From contig JBBADJ010000001.1 of NCBI GenBank assembly GCA_041656495.1, forward strand, positions 2,388 to 66,387: a DNA stretch of 64,000 bases. Direction: 5' to 3'. Positions within the stretch are counted from its first letter, which is position 1; each line of letters opens with the position of its first letter. The position numbers and the translations under genes were made by a program. The stretch comes from Candidatus Ratteibacteria bacterium. GTDB lineage: Bacteria > Ratteibacteria > UBA8468 > B48-G9 > DTJG01. Shown here piece after piece: positions 38,143 through 47,785 of the stretch. The notes beneath the pieces were generated by a model, which did no database searches, was not told where the DNA came from, and saw only the letters and a list, made by a program, of their open reading frames with translations.

Positions 38143-39852
38143 TTGCCGGCAATGCGTCCGTTCCTTCAAATACGGCGAAAAGTTACATTCTTTTCTTTCA
38201 GAGCCAGATACACCTTTCTCCTTCTTTCTTTGCCGGCGGTTCTCTCTGCCTCTGCCCATTACGGCGGAACCCTTATCACCTCTATAGCTTCTCCTCCCAA
38301 ATCTTTTAATCCTATCATTGCCAAAGAAACCTCCACCACTACGGTAACCGGCTATATTTTTGAAGGACTTACCAAGCTTGATCCCCATACATTAAAAATA
38401 AAGCCCAATCTTGCTGTATCGTGGCGCACCGATGCTTCGGGAAGAATCTGGACATTCTCTCTCCGCACCGACGTAAGATGGAACGATGGAGTCCCTTTTA
38501 CAGCTGACGATGTGCTCTTTACCTTTAATCGCCTTATTTTTAATCCCTCCATTCCAACCAGTAGCCGTGATATCTTTACCATTCAGGGAAAAACTCCCAG
38601 GGTTGAAAAAATCAATTCCCATACAGTACGTATCACCCTTCCTTCACGATTCGCTCCCTTTCTTATGTTGATGTCGCAAGATATTCTTCCTGCTCATCTT
38701 TTACAATCCGAAGTTTCTAAGAACCGTTTTACCTTTTCTCTTGGACTTAACTCTCGACCGGCCGATATTGTAGGAACAGGTCCATTTATGTTAGAAAACT
38801 TTAGACCCGGCGAATACCTTATCCTTAAAAAAAACCCCTACTATTGGAAGAAAAGTTCTCAGGGAAACTCTCTGCCTTATCTTGACCGACTAATTCTTAT
38901 CATTACTCCAGATCAAAATCTTGCTCTTCTGAAATTAAAGAAAGGAGAGCTTGACCTTCTTCCTCTAAGAGCGCAGGACTATTTAGTACTAAGAAAATCT
39001 CCTCCTGATAAGATCCGTTTTTTTAATGCCGGACCCTCGTTAGGAAGCGATTTTATTATCCTGAATCAAAATCTTGATTCTCCTGTTTCTTCCTATAAAC
39101 TCGCCTGGTTCCGCAACCCTAGGTTCCGAAAAGCTATTGCCTTCGCCCTTGACCGTCACGCGATTATAAAAAATGTCTATGCAGGATATGGATACCCTTT
39201 AGATGGACCAGTAAGTAAATCCGCGGTCTCTTTTTACAACCGTAAAATCAAAGAGTATCCTTATGATCTGGAAAGAGCGAAAAAGAGTTTAAGAGAAGGA
39301 GGGTTTTTCTGGAAAAACAGACTTCTCTATGATAAAAAAGGAAACCAGGTCTCTTTTTCCCTTCTTACCAATAGCAATAATTCCGAGCGTATACAGATCG
39401 CCAATTTTATACGGAGCGATCTTGAAAAAATCGGTATGAAAATCAACTTTCTTCCGGTTGACTTTAACTCATTGGTCAACAGAATTGATGCTACAAAAGA
39501 TTGGGAAGCGGTCATGATAGGCCTTTCAGGGGGAATTGATCCTCATTCAGGGAAAAATGTGTGGATGACCACAGGACAGTTACATATGTGGAACCCTGGC
39601 TCTCCTCGATCTTGCTATCCATGGGAATATGAAATAGATCGTATTTTTGATACAGCGGCACAGGAATTAAATCCTGTAAAACGGAAAGAGCTCTATGATA
39701 GATGGCAGGAAATTGTTCAAAAAGAACTTCCTATGATATTTACTGTAACGCCGGCGGTCCTTTACGCATATCATACCAAACTTGGAAATATAGAACCTAC
39801 TGTATATGGCGGCCTTCTTCATAATGTAGAAGAACTATATCTAAAAAAATGA
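38143..39852 (+). CDS. ABC transporter substrate-binding protein, family 5 (peptide/nickel/oligosaccharide type)
   Basis: 569 aa with a signal-like N-terminus. SBP_bac_5-like motifs: WRTDASGRIWTFSLRTDVRWNDGVPFTADDV, KNPYYW. Confidence 0.8.
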   Translation: MPAMRPFLQIRRKVTFFSFRARYTFLLLSLPAVLSASAHYGGTLITSIASPPKSFNPIIAKETSTTTVTGYIFEGLTKLDPHTLKIKPNLAVSWRTDASGRIWTFSLRTDVRWNDGVPFTADDVLFTFNRLIFNPSIPTSSRDIFTIQGKTPRVEKINSHTVRITLPSRFAPFLMLMSQDILPAHLLQSEVSKNRFTFSLGLNSRPADIVGTGPFMLENFRPGEYLILKKNPYYWKKSSQGNSLPYLDRLILIITPDQNLALLKLKKGELDLLPLRAQDYLVLRKSPPDKIRFFNAGPSLGSDFIILNQNLDSPVSSYKLAWFRNPRFRKAIAFALDRHAIIKNVYAGYGYPLDGPVSKSAVSFYNRKIKEYPYDLERAKKSLREGGFFWKNRLLYDKKGNQVSFSLLTNSNNSERIQIANFIRSDLEKIGMKINFLPVDFNSLVNRIDATKDWEAVMIGLSGGIDPHSGKNVWMTTGQLHMWNPGSPRSCYPWEYEIDRIFDTAAQELNPVKRKELYDRWQEIVQKELPMIFTVTPAVLYAYHTKLGNIEPTVYGGLLHNVEELYLKK

Positions 39853-40394
39853 CTGCTCAACAACCTTTCCGCTTAATAGTCACCTATTCAAAACAGGGAC
39901 CCGCACGTTTTATTTCCTTTAATTATCTTCCGAAAATCATAGAACGCACCTTTCGCCGAACTTCTCTTCCTATTCTCTTTTCTTCGGGATTTACGCCAAG
40001 AATAAAGATAAGTTTCGGTTCCGCGCTTCCCGTAGGATTTGAGGGAATCTCTGAAACCTTTTTTATCACCCTTAAAGAACCGATAAATCTTACGGGAATA
40101 AAGGAAGAATTAAATAGCCTTCTTCCTCGGGGGATTTCCATACTTTCCGTAAAACACGATGAATCCGGAAAAAAAAGTCCAGAACGATCTCTCTACTATT
40201 CCTTTATCATACAGGGCTTTCAAAAAGCTCCTGAGAACTTTCCCGAAGGATGGACAGTTCTTTTTCGGTCTCAGGAAAAAATTGTTCTACAAGCCGATAT
40301 TTCTCGTCATCCGCAAAAAATGCTCTTTGACTTTTTCGGCACAGAGGCAATCATTGCCAGAACTCCCGCTTCTCACCTTACCTTAGGAGAGTAA
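39849..40394 (+). CDS. DUF2344/TIGR03936-like protein (normally associated with a radical SAM enzyme)
   Basis: FRLIVTYSKQGPARFISFNYLPKIIERTFRRTSLPILFSSGFTPRIKISFGSALPVG. Assigned from memory of the family pattern. Confidence 0.55.
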   Translation: MTAQQPFRLIVTYSKQGPARFISFNYLPKIIERTFRRTSLPILFSSGFTPRIKISFGSALPVGFEGISETFFITLKEPINLTGIKEELNSLLPRGISILSVKHDESGKKSPERSLYYSFIIQGFQKAPENFPEGWTVLFRSQEKIVLQADISRHPQKMLFDFFGTEAIIARTPASHLTLGE

Positions 40395-40395
40395 A

Positions 40396-41148
40396 ATGGA
40401 AAAAAGCAAGCCAGGACATAATGATACGCCGATTATTCCCGGATCTTCCTGGAGGGTGCATGATATGAACCGACCGCATCCAGTGGTTGTCAATCCCGGA
40501 ACCGAAAGTAGCCAAACAACCGCGGGAAAGCCTCCCTCGGACGCTATTATTCTGTTTCAGGGAAAAAGTTTGGATGGATGGATTCATAGAGACGGGTCTC
40601 CCGCGCGATGGAAAGTGGAAAAGAACTATATGGAAGTGGTTCCAAAAACCGGAAATATCAAGACAGAAAAGGAATTCGGAGATTGCCAACTCCATATAGA
40701 ATGGGCTTCTCCTGAAAAAATAGAAGGAGAAAGCCAAGGAAGAGGAAACAGTGGCATTTTTTTACTGGAACGATACGAGATACAGGTTCTTGATTCTTTT
40801 GAAAATCCCACCTATGCAGATGGATCCAATGGATCCATTTATGGACAATATCCGCCGTTGGTCAATGTATGCCGCGCTCCGGGTCAATGGCAAACATACG
40901 ATATTGTATGGATAGGTCCTCGCTTTGAAGGAAGTCAACTTATCCGACCTGCGGTAATAACTATTTTTCAGAATGGACTCCTTATTCATCATTGCAGAAA
41001 ACTAATCGGCCCCACCACCCATTGCGCGGTTCTTCCCTATGAACCTCATCCATTAAACGGATCTTTAATGCTTCAGGATCACAACAATCCCGTGCGTTTT
41101 AGAAATATATGGTACCGTCCGCTTGAGAAAGATGATATTCTCGGATAA
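40396..41148 (+). CDS. DUF1080 (3-keto-disaccharide hydrolase-like, concanavalin fold) protein
   Basis: GKSLDGW...WKVEKNYMEV, NSGIFLLERYEIQVLDS, GSIYGQYPP, LMLQDHNNPVRFRNIWYRPL. Confidence 0.8.
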   Translation: MEKSKPGHNDTPIIPGSSWRVHDMNRPHPVVVNPGTESSQTTAGKPPSDAIILFQGKSLDGWIHRDGSPARWKVEKNYMEVVPKTGNIKTEKEFGDCQLHIEWASPEKIEGESQGRGNSGIFLLERYEIQVLDSFENPTYADGSNGSIYGQYPPLVNVCRAPGQWQTYDIVWIGPRFEGSQLIRPAVITIFQNGLLIHHCRKLIGPTTHCAVLPYEPHPLNGSLMLQDHNNPVRFRNIWYRPLEKDDILG

Positions 41149-41431
41149 AAGTCTTCGCACAAGAAAAAAGAGCTGAAAAAGAAGATTTTTATAGAAAGTA
41201 TTCTTTCATAAGAAGAGATACCTTTAAGAAGGGGCTTAGTCTTTTCTAATTGAATAAAGTCTTTTACTTTTCTTCTGAATTATGGTATTATTCTTGTAGG
41301 GTTTCTTCATAAACAAAGCATATTGATCTATTTGTTCCATGAAGGAGCAACCTTCTGCTCTTCTACTACTTACAGCCTGAACGGTATTCACATATATGTT
41401 TCCCGGACAGGGACTTACACAGGGGGTATCA

Positions 41432-42253
41432 ATGGAATTTCTTTCTATCTTCAGCCTTAAGGAAAAAAATGCGGTCGTTACCGGAGGAGCGGGAGTTCTC
41501 GGATACTCTATTGCTGAAACACTTGGCCGCGCTGGTGCGCATGTTGCCATCGCAGATCTTAAAAATGCGGAAGAAGCCGCTGAAAAACTTGTAAATGATG
41601 GTATTTCTGCAAAAGGCTATTTTATTGATGTTCTTGACAAGAAAGAAATAGAAACCTGCGCCTCGGCAATTCTTTCCGATCTTAAAAAGGTAGATATTCT
41701 CATCAACTGCGCCGGTGGGAATATGAAGACTGCCACAACCTCACCTGAACTTTCTTTCTTTGATCTTCCGCTTGACGCGCTTGAAAAGGTTATTTCTCTC
41801 AATCTTTTTGGAGGCGCGATTCTCCCAAGTCAGGTTTTTGGAAAAACCATGGTCTCAAACTCTGAAGGCGGATCTATTATCAATATCTCCTCTATGAACG
41901 CCTTCCGGCCCTTAACAAGAATTCCCGGGTATTCAGCGGCAAAGGCGGCAGTAAGTAACTTTACTCAATGGTTGGCGGTTCATTTTGCGCAAGAATATAA
42001 TCCAAAACTTCGCGTGAACGCTATCGCACCGGGATTTTTTCTTACAGAACAGAACCGTTTCCTTATGATGAATAAAAAAAATGAGCTTACCCCTCGGGGA
42101 TCTACGGTCATTGCGCACACTCCTATGGGAGCGTTCGGTTCGCCTTCGGACCTTGTCGGCGTTACATTATGGCTGGCTTCAAACGCCTCTCGATTTGTTA
42201 CCGGAATAGTGGTACCAGTTGATGGAGGGTTCAGCGCATTTTCCGGAGTGTGA
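41432..42253 (+). CDS. SDR-family oxidoreductase (sugar-acid/polyol dehydrogenase type)
   Basis: EKNAVVTGGAGVLGYSIA, NCAGGN, YSAAK, PVDGGFSA. I prefer the start at M13, which has a GGGGG RBS. Confidence 0.8.
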   Translation: MEFLSIFSLKEKNAVVTGGAGVLGYSIAETLGRAGAHVAIADLKNAEEAAEKLVNDGISAKGYFIDVLDKKEIETCASAILSDLKKVDILINCAGGNMKTATTSPELSFFDLPLDALEKVISLNLFGGAILPSQVFGKTMVSNSEGGSIINISSMNAFRPLTRIPGYSAAKAAVSNFTQWLAVHFAQEYNPKLRVNAIAPGFFLTEQNRFLMMNKKNELTPRGSTVIAHTPMGAFGSPSDLVGVTLWLASNASRFVTGIVVPVDGGFSAFSGV

Positions 42254-42332
42254 TGACGCAATAAGACAGATTCTTCATACAGCCCCTGTATGTGATAAAA
42301 AAAATCCGTTTACTCTACGAAGGAGGAAAAAG

Positions 42333-43823
42333 ATGAAACAAGCGCAAATCGCGGTAATTGGAATGGAAGTAATGGGAAAAAACCTCGCCCTTAATATGGA
42401 AAGCAGAGGATATACCGTAGCGGTCTTCAACCGTACCGGCGAAAAAACAAAAGCCTTTGTAGAAGGGCCTGCAAAAGAAAAAAACTTTATTCCATCCTAT
42501 GATCTGAAAAATCTCGTAGATTCACTGGAACGACCGAGAAAAATAATGCTTATGGTAAAAGAAGGAGCGCCGGTTGATAGTTTTATCGCTCAGCTTCTTC
42601 CTTTGCTCGAAAAGGGAGATCTTATTATTGATGGTGGAAACTCCTTCTTTAAAGATACTATCCGCAGAAATAACGAACTCACCGAAAAAGGAATTCTCTT
42701 CATCGGTACCGGTGTCTCCGGTGGAGAAGAGGGAGCGCTTCGCGGACCGGCTATTATGCCGGGAGGTCAGAAAGAAGCATACGCACTGGTAGAAAAGATA
42801 TTCGGCGATATTTCCGCAAAAGCATACGATGGCACGCCATGCGTTGATTATATCGGTCCTGACGGTGCGGGACATTTTGTAAAAACTACCCATAATGGCA
42901 TTGAATACGGCGATATGGAGTTGATCGGCGAAGCCGCGTGGTTTATGAAAAAATCTCTTGGTATGACTGCGGACGCAATCGCCTCCATTATGGAAAAATG
43001 GAACGGAAAAGATGATATTCTCCGTTCTTATCTCATTGAAATAACCGCGGACAGTATGAAAGAGTCCCATAAGCCGGAAGAAGGATTCCTTGTAGACCGG
43101 GTGGCTGATATTACCCGCATGAAAGGAACAGGAACTTGGACGATCATGAGCGCCCTTGAACTTTTAGTACCGGTTCCCACCATCGCCGCCTCTGTCTTTT
43201 CTCGGGAAATGTCTCAAGATAAGGACCTCCGTCTTACCATGGCTAAGATACTTTCTCTGCCAGCGGAACAGACCACGGAAACCGATAAAGAAAAACTTTT
43301 GGATATTGCTCACGATGCGCTTTACATCGCGAAGATCTCTTCTTACGCTCAGGGAATGGCTCTTCTTCAGGCCGCATCCGCACATTATAATTTTGACCTT
43401 AACCTTGGAAAAATTGCAAAAGTGTGGCGAGCAGGATGTATTATCAGGGCACAATTTCTTGATGAAATTACCAAAGCCTATGAAGCAAATCCTGATCTTC
43501 CCAATCTTCTCGCGGCTCCGCAATTTTCAGAATTTGTTACGAAGAATCTCTGGAAATTGGCAAAGTTTATTGAACTTTCCCACAAGGCCGGAGTTCCAGT
43601 ACTTGCTATGACAGGAGCCTACGATTATATTCTTCAACTTGCAAGCCCTGTTTTAGTATCCGCGCAGGTTGCGGCGCTACAGCGGGATTATTTTGGCGCT
43701 CATGGATATTTTAAGGTTGGAAAAGACGATCCCCGCGTTATCACTGATAGCGAAGGGAAATACCGTGAATTCCATACAGAATGGATGGAAGAAGGAAGAC
43801 CCGAAAAAGAAATCACAAAGTAG
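42333..43823 (+). CDS. gnd: 6-phosphogluconate dehydrogenase, decarboxylating
   Basis: IAVIGMEVMGKNLALNMESRGYTVAVFNRT, IIDGGNS, GVSGGEEGA, VKTTHNGIEYGDM. Start at the ATG at 42333, which follows an AGGAGG RBS. Confidence 0.95.
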   Translation: MKQAQIAVIGMEVMGKNLALNMESRGYTVAVFNRTGEKTKAFVEGPAKEKNFIPSYDLKNLVDSLERPRKIMLMVKEGAPVDSFIAQLLPLLEKGDLIIDGGNSFFKDTIRRNNELTEKGILFIGTGVSGGEEGALRGPAIMPGGQKEAYALVEKIFGDISAKAYDGTPCVDYIGPDGAGHFVKTTHNGIEYGDMELIGEAAWFMKKSLGMTADAIASIMEKWNGKDDILRSYLIEITADSMKESHKPEEGFLVDRVADITRMKGTGTWTIMSALELLVPVPTIAASVFSREMSQDKDLRLTMAKILSLPAEQTTETDKEKLLDIAHDALYIAKISSYAQGMALLQAASAHYNFDLNLGKIAKVWRAGCIIRAQFLDEITKAYEANPDLPNLLAAPQFSEFVTKNLWKLAKFIELSHKAGVPVLAMTGAYDYILQLASPVLVSAQVAALQRDYFGAHGYFKVGKDDPRVITDSEGKYREFHTEWMEEGRPEKEITK

Positions 43824-43874
43824 AGGTTCGCTAATATAGACTGCTCTCAATTTACTTTGTTCCGCATAACTTAA

Positions 43875-43922
43875 AAGGCAGGCAGAAAAGAAAGATGGGA
43901 TTATATCGTATCTGCCTGCCTT
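43875..43922 (+). terminator. Possible terminator hairpin after gnd
   Basis: aaggcaggcag...ctgcctgcctt forms an 11-bp perfect stem with an unusually large 26-nt loop. A short T-rich tail follows. Confidence 0.35.
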
Positions 43923-43961
43923 TCTATGCGGAAGGGAACAATTATTAGGAAAAGAAAAAGA

Positions 43962-45002
43962 ATGATAAAACCTCTTAATGCCAAAAGCTTGAAAGAAAAT
44001 CCCGAAGAGTATCTCCGTAGCTTCTCTCGAAAAAAAGATTTTCTTGTAGCCATAGATACCGATGGCTGTATAGTTGATAATATGAATGGCAAACAGATGG
44101 TGATTTTTCATCCTCTTTTTATGGAATTCTATCAGTTATGGGGAATAGAAACCTATTTTAGAGAAATTGGAGAGTTTTACAATCTTTTTTCTACCACCAG
44201 AGGCTTTAACAGATTTCTTACTCTCCGAGATACAATTCATACTCTTCACGAAAGACAAGATGTACAAGAAGCCGCGAAACTCTCTGGAACAGAACTTCCC
44301 GATCCTCAACCCCTTATAGATTTTATCAACTATGCCTCTCAGGCCGGATTAGGTCTTGGAAACCCCTCTCTTGAATCTTTTCTTCAGACTCGTCCCTCCT
44401 CACTGCCATTATGGAAACTTTTGGCATGGAGCGAGGCAGTCAATAAAACCTTTCCTTTTTTTACCGCAAAAATTCCTCCTTTTCCCTTTGTGGAAGAGAC
44501 CCTCGCCCGGATCTCTGCCCACGCCGATATCGTAGTAGTCTCGCAAACTCCCTATGATGATCTTCTCCATTACTGGCGCACCCATAAACTCCTGCAATAT
44601 ATCCGTATTATTTGCGGACAAGAAATGGGAAGTAAAAGTCACCATATTGCCATGCTTATCAAACAAGGCGGCTATTATCAAGACCAAGTCCTGATGATCG
44701 GAGACGCCAAAGGAGATCTTGAAGCGATAAAAGAACATCAAGGCCTTTTTTATCCGATTCTTCCCGGAAAAGAAGAAAATTCCTGGCAGGAATGTCTTTC
44801 TTCTTTTGAACTCTTTCTTAACAATGCTTATAAAGGCCAGGAAGAAAATGCCCGTATTGCACGGTTTTCCGACATCCTACAGGAAAAAGCAGAATGGAAT
44901 GATCCTGATTACGACCATACCCATATATATCGGAAAAAACAGAACATACGTCAAAAATTATATGCTATGCTTAATCCTGAAGGTAAACTTCGTATTCTTT
45001 AA
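43962..45002 (+). CDS. HAD-superfamily phosphatase-like protein with a large cap
   Basis: LVAIDTDGCIVDNM (DxD motif I), VVSQTP, MIGDAKGDLEA. The start at M13 avoids the upstream hairpin; the track ORF starts at 43926. Confidence 0.65.
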   Translation: MIKPLNAKSLKENPEEYLRSFSRKKDFLVAIDTDGCIVDNMNGKQMVIFHPLFMEFYQLWGIETYFREIGEFYNLFSTTRGFNRFLTLRDTIHTLHERQDVQEAAKLSGTELPDPQPLIDFINYASQAGLGLGNPSLESFLQTRPSSLPLWKLLAWSEAVNKTFPFFTAKIPPFPFVEETLARISAHADIVVVSQTPYDDLLHYWRTHKLLQYIRIICGQEMGSKSHHIAMLIKQGGYYQDQVLMIGDAKGDLEAIKEHQGLFYPILPGKEENSWQECLSSFELFLNNAYKGQEENARIARFSDILQEKAEWNDPDYDHTHIYRKKQNIRQKLYAMLNPEGKLRIL

Positions 45003-45019
45003 TTAAAGGAGGAACACTT

Positions 45020-46306
45020 ATGGATCCTGAAAAAAAGAACGATTGCACAATAATTTCAGAAGATAATATTGAACAACTCTGTAAAGATATCCCCAAAAGA
45101 AGAAATTTTACTGGGAAACGGGTATTGGCACTTATTCCGGATTCTACCCGATCCGGCCCCACTGGAACGATATTCGCCGGTATCTGCAGTGCGCTTCTTC
45201 CTATAGTAAAAGAGCTTGACTTTATGATAGCACTCGGAACCCATCCGATCATGCCAGAAGAAAAAGTTAATTCCATGCTCAATATTACCGAAGAGGATAG
45301 GAAAACCCGATTTTCAAAGGTGCGGATATTTCAACATGAATGGGATAAAGAGGACGCTCTTACCCATATTGGCACCATTACCGATAAAGAAATATCCGCT
45401 ATATCCGGCGGGCTTCTTCATGAAAATATCAGGGTTACCCTCAATAAAAAAGCCCTTGAATATGATGAGCTTCTCCTTGTTGGTCCGGTCTTTCCTCACG
45501 AAGTTGTAGGATATTCAGGAGGATATAAATATCTTTTCCCAGGAATATCGGGTCCAGAATTTCTTCATAAATTCCATTGGTTAGGCGCCCTGATAACCAA
45601 TCCGAAAATCAATGGCACAAAGAATACTCCGGTCCGCGACACAATCAATAAAGCGGTTTCATTCCTTTCTACTCCGACAACTCTCGTATGTTATGTCGTG
45701 CAAGGAAAAAATCTATGCGGATTCTTTACCGGCGGCATTGAAGCATGGTCTTCTGCCGCGGATCTTTCTTCACAAGTCAATGTCAAATATGTTCCACGGC
45801 CCTTTTCAACCGTGCTTTCCATGGCGCCTAAAATGTACGACGATATCTGGACCGCGGGAAAATGTATGTATAAACTTGAACCTGTCGTCGCAGATAATGG
45901 AACGTTAATTATTTATGCTCCACACGTAACCGAGGTTTCCTACACTCATGGAAAAGCCCTTGAAAAAATCGGATATCATACCAGAGATTATTTCGCAAAA
46001 CAACTTGATAAATTTCCCGATGTTCCCGGCGGCACTATGGCCCATTCCACTCACGTCAAAGGAATAGGAACCTTCCATCAAGGCATTGAAACGCCAAGAG
46101 TAAATGTAATCCTCGCAACAGGAATATCAGAAGAACGGTGCCGGAATATTAATCTCGGGTATATGGACTGGAAAAGTATAAAACCCGAAGAATATGAAGG
46201 AAGAGAAGAGGAAGGAATCCTTTGTGTCCATAATGCGGGAGAGGTATTATACAGGCTTTCCGACGGAACTGTTCCCGATATAGACAAACTTTATAAGAAA
46301 CTTTAA
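45020..46306 (+). CDS. LarA-like (DUF2088) putative nickel-pincer-cofactor-dependent hydroxyacid/sugar-acid racemase or epimerase
   Basis: KRVLALIPDSTRSGP (D-x-T-R) and PHEVVGYSGGYKYLFPGI, which compares with LarA H..AGFSGGRK..PG. 428 aa with a GGAGG RBS. Confidence 0.65.
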   Translation: MDPEKKNDCTIISEDNIEQLCKDIPKRRNFTGKRVLALIPDSTRSGPTGTIFAGICSALLPIVKELDFMIALGTHPIMPEEKVNSMLNITEEDRKTRFSKVRIFQHEWDKEDALTHIGTITDKEISAISGGLLHENIRVTLNKKALEYDELLLVGPVFPHEVVGYSGGYKYLFPGISGPEFLHKFHWLGALITNPKINGTKNTPVRDTINKAVSFLSTPTTLVCYVVQGKNLCGFFTGGIEAWSSAADLSSQVNVKYVPRPFSTVLSMAPKMYDDIWTAGKCMYKLEPVVADNGTLIIYAPHVTEVSYTHGKALEKIGYHTRDYFAKQLDKFPDVPGGTMAHSTHVKGIGTFHQGIETPRVNVILATGISEERCRNINLGYMDWKSIKPEEYEGREEEGILCVHNAGEVLYRLSDGTVPDIDKLYKKL

Positions 46307-46356
46307 AATATTTAAAAAATTCCTATAATAGATCGAAAATCAGAGGAGGGAAAAGA

Positions 46357-47766
46357 ATGAATACCCATGTTACCGCCTTAATAAAAAAGTTTCACGAAAA
46401 ATACCCGGATGCCAAACTCTATGAAAAGTCTTTGCGTGAAGGACAAGAAACCCTCTTTTTTCTTATCAAAATGGATAAGAAAAAACATGTTGTGGAAGCA
46501 TCAGAGGATTCATTTTTCTTCCATCCTATGACCCATGAAACTGTAACAATCTTAAGAAAACATTTTCCTTCTCTTAATCCTCAGCCGTGTGGAATGAAAA
46601 ATTCTTTTGGTTTCGGAGACCGCCTTGGCATAGCTTCTCCCGGTCATGTGCAGGCACTAAACGAAAAAAACTTCTTTCCTATCTTTGCTCAACAATCAGG
46701 ACGGGAATTGGAACGGACAGGAAGAACATTTGAAAGCGTCTTAGACGACGCCATCCTCGGCATCTTTGAAGCCGGATTCACTGGCGCCTTTGGCGCGGAT
46801 GCCGATCATGCAAAAGATTTTACAACAATAGAATCAGCTCTTCAAGCAGGATATACCTTTTACACCATAGATCCTTCCGCTGTCATTCAAGCTCCTAACC
46901 TTTTTAGTAAGGAAGAAAAGGAAGGGTTCTTCAAAAATCATTGGGATACCTATAAACAATATGCCGACAAAACCTATGCCTTTGGACATGAAGCGTGGAC
47001 AATTTCAGAAAATATTCTTAGAGAACTCGCACTCACCTACGGACCGGCAATTGATTTTATTGAAGAGACTTATAGATTTTTGAAACAAAAAACAGAAGGG
47101 TTTGATTTTGAAGTTTCAGTAGATGAAACCACGCTTCCCACCAGTCCCGAGGCTCATATTCTTATTGTGGAAGAACTTCGGCGACGACATGTTGATTTCC
47201 AAAATCTTGCGCTCCGTTTCCCGGGAAGATTTGAAAAGGGCGTTGATTATAAAGGATCTCTTGAAGAATTTGATCGCTCTCTCTCCGCGCATCAAACAAT
47301 CCGAGAACATCTTGGACCCTATAAGATATCTCTTCATTCTGGAAGCGATAAGTTCTCTATCTATCCTATCTTTCGAAAAATTCTTGGAACCCAGTACCAT
47401 GTAAAGACCTCGGGAACCTCATGGATTGAAGCTATACGTGCGGTTGCCATTGCAGACTTTGATCTCTTTTCAGAGATTCTTCGTATTGCGATCAATGATT
47501 TTGACACGAATGCCGCTTCTTATGAAATATCTGCAAACCCCCGCGAAATCAATCTTGAAACCATAAAAGATTCTTCTCCCGACACACTTTTTGAAAACCC
47601 CGACATCCGTCAAACCATCCATATTGCCTATGGCTCTATTCTTGGAGAATCAGGAAGAACCTCAGGCATACGCGACAGACTTTATTCTCTGCTTGAAAAG
47701 GATGACGAAATCTATTATCAAACCCTTAAAAATCATTTAGGAACCCATGTAAGACTTCTTTCCTGA
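46357..47766 (+). CDS. UxaE-like (tagaturonate/fructuronate epimerase family) TIM-barrel protein
   Basis: SFGFGDRLGIASPGH, GADADHAKD, SLHSGSDKFSIYP, VKTSGTSWIEA. The family is recalled from memory and unverified. Confidence 0.5.
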   Translation: MNTHVTALIKKFHEKYPDAKLYEKSLREGQETLFFLIKMDKKKHVVEASEDSFFFHPMTHETVTILRKHFPSLNPQPCGMKNSFGFGDRLGIASPGHVQALNEKNFFPIFAQQSGRELERTGRTFESVLDDAILGIFEAGFTGAFGADADHAKDFTTIESALQAGYTFYTIDPSAVIQAPNLFSKEEKEGFFKNHWDTYKQYADKTYAFGHEAWTISENILRELALTYGPAIDFIEETYRFLKQKTEGFDFEVSVDETTLPTSPEAHILIVEELRRRHVDFQNLALRFPGRFEKGVDYKGSLEEFDRSLSAHQTIREHLGPYKISLHSGSDKFSIYPIFRKILGTQYHVKTSGTSWIEAIRAVAIADFDLFSEILRIAINDFDTNAASYEISANPREINLETIKDSSPDTLFENPDIRQTIHIAYGSILGESGRTSGIRDRLYSLLEKDDEIYYQTLKNHLGTHVRLLS

Positions 47767-47785
47767 CCATGAAAAAGGAGATGCT

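Noticed and set aside
42522-43070. 182-aa minus-strand ORF
   Set aside because: It is antisense to gnd, which is unambiguous. It is a shadow ORF.
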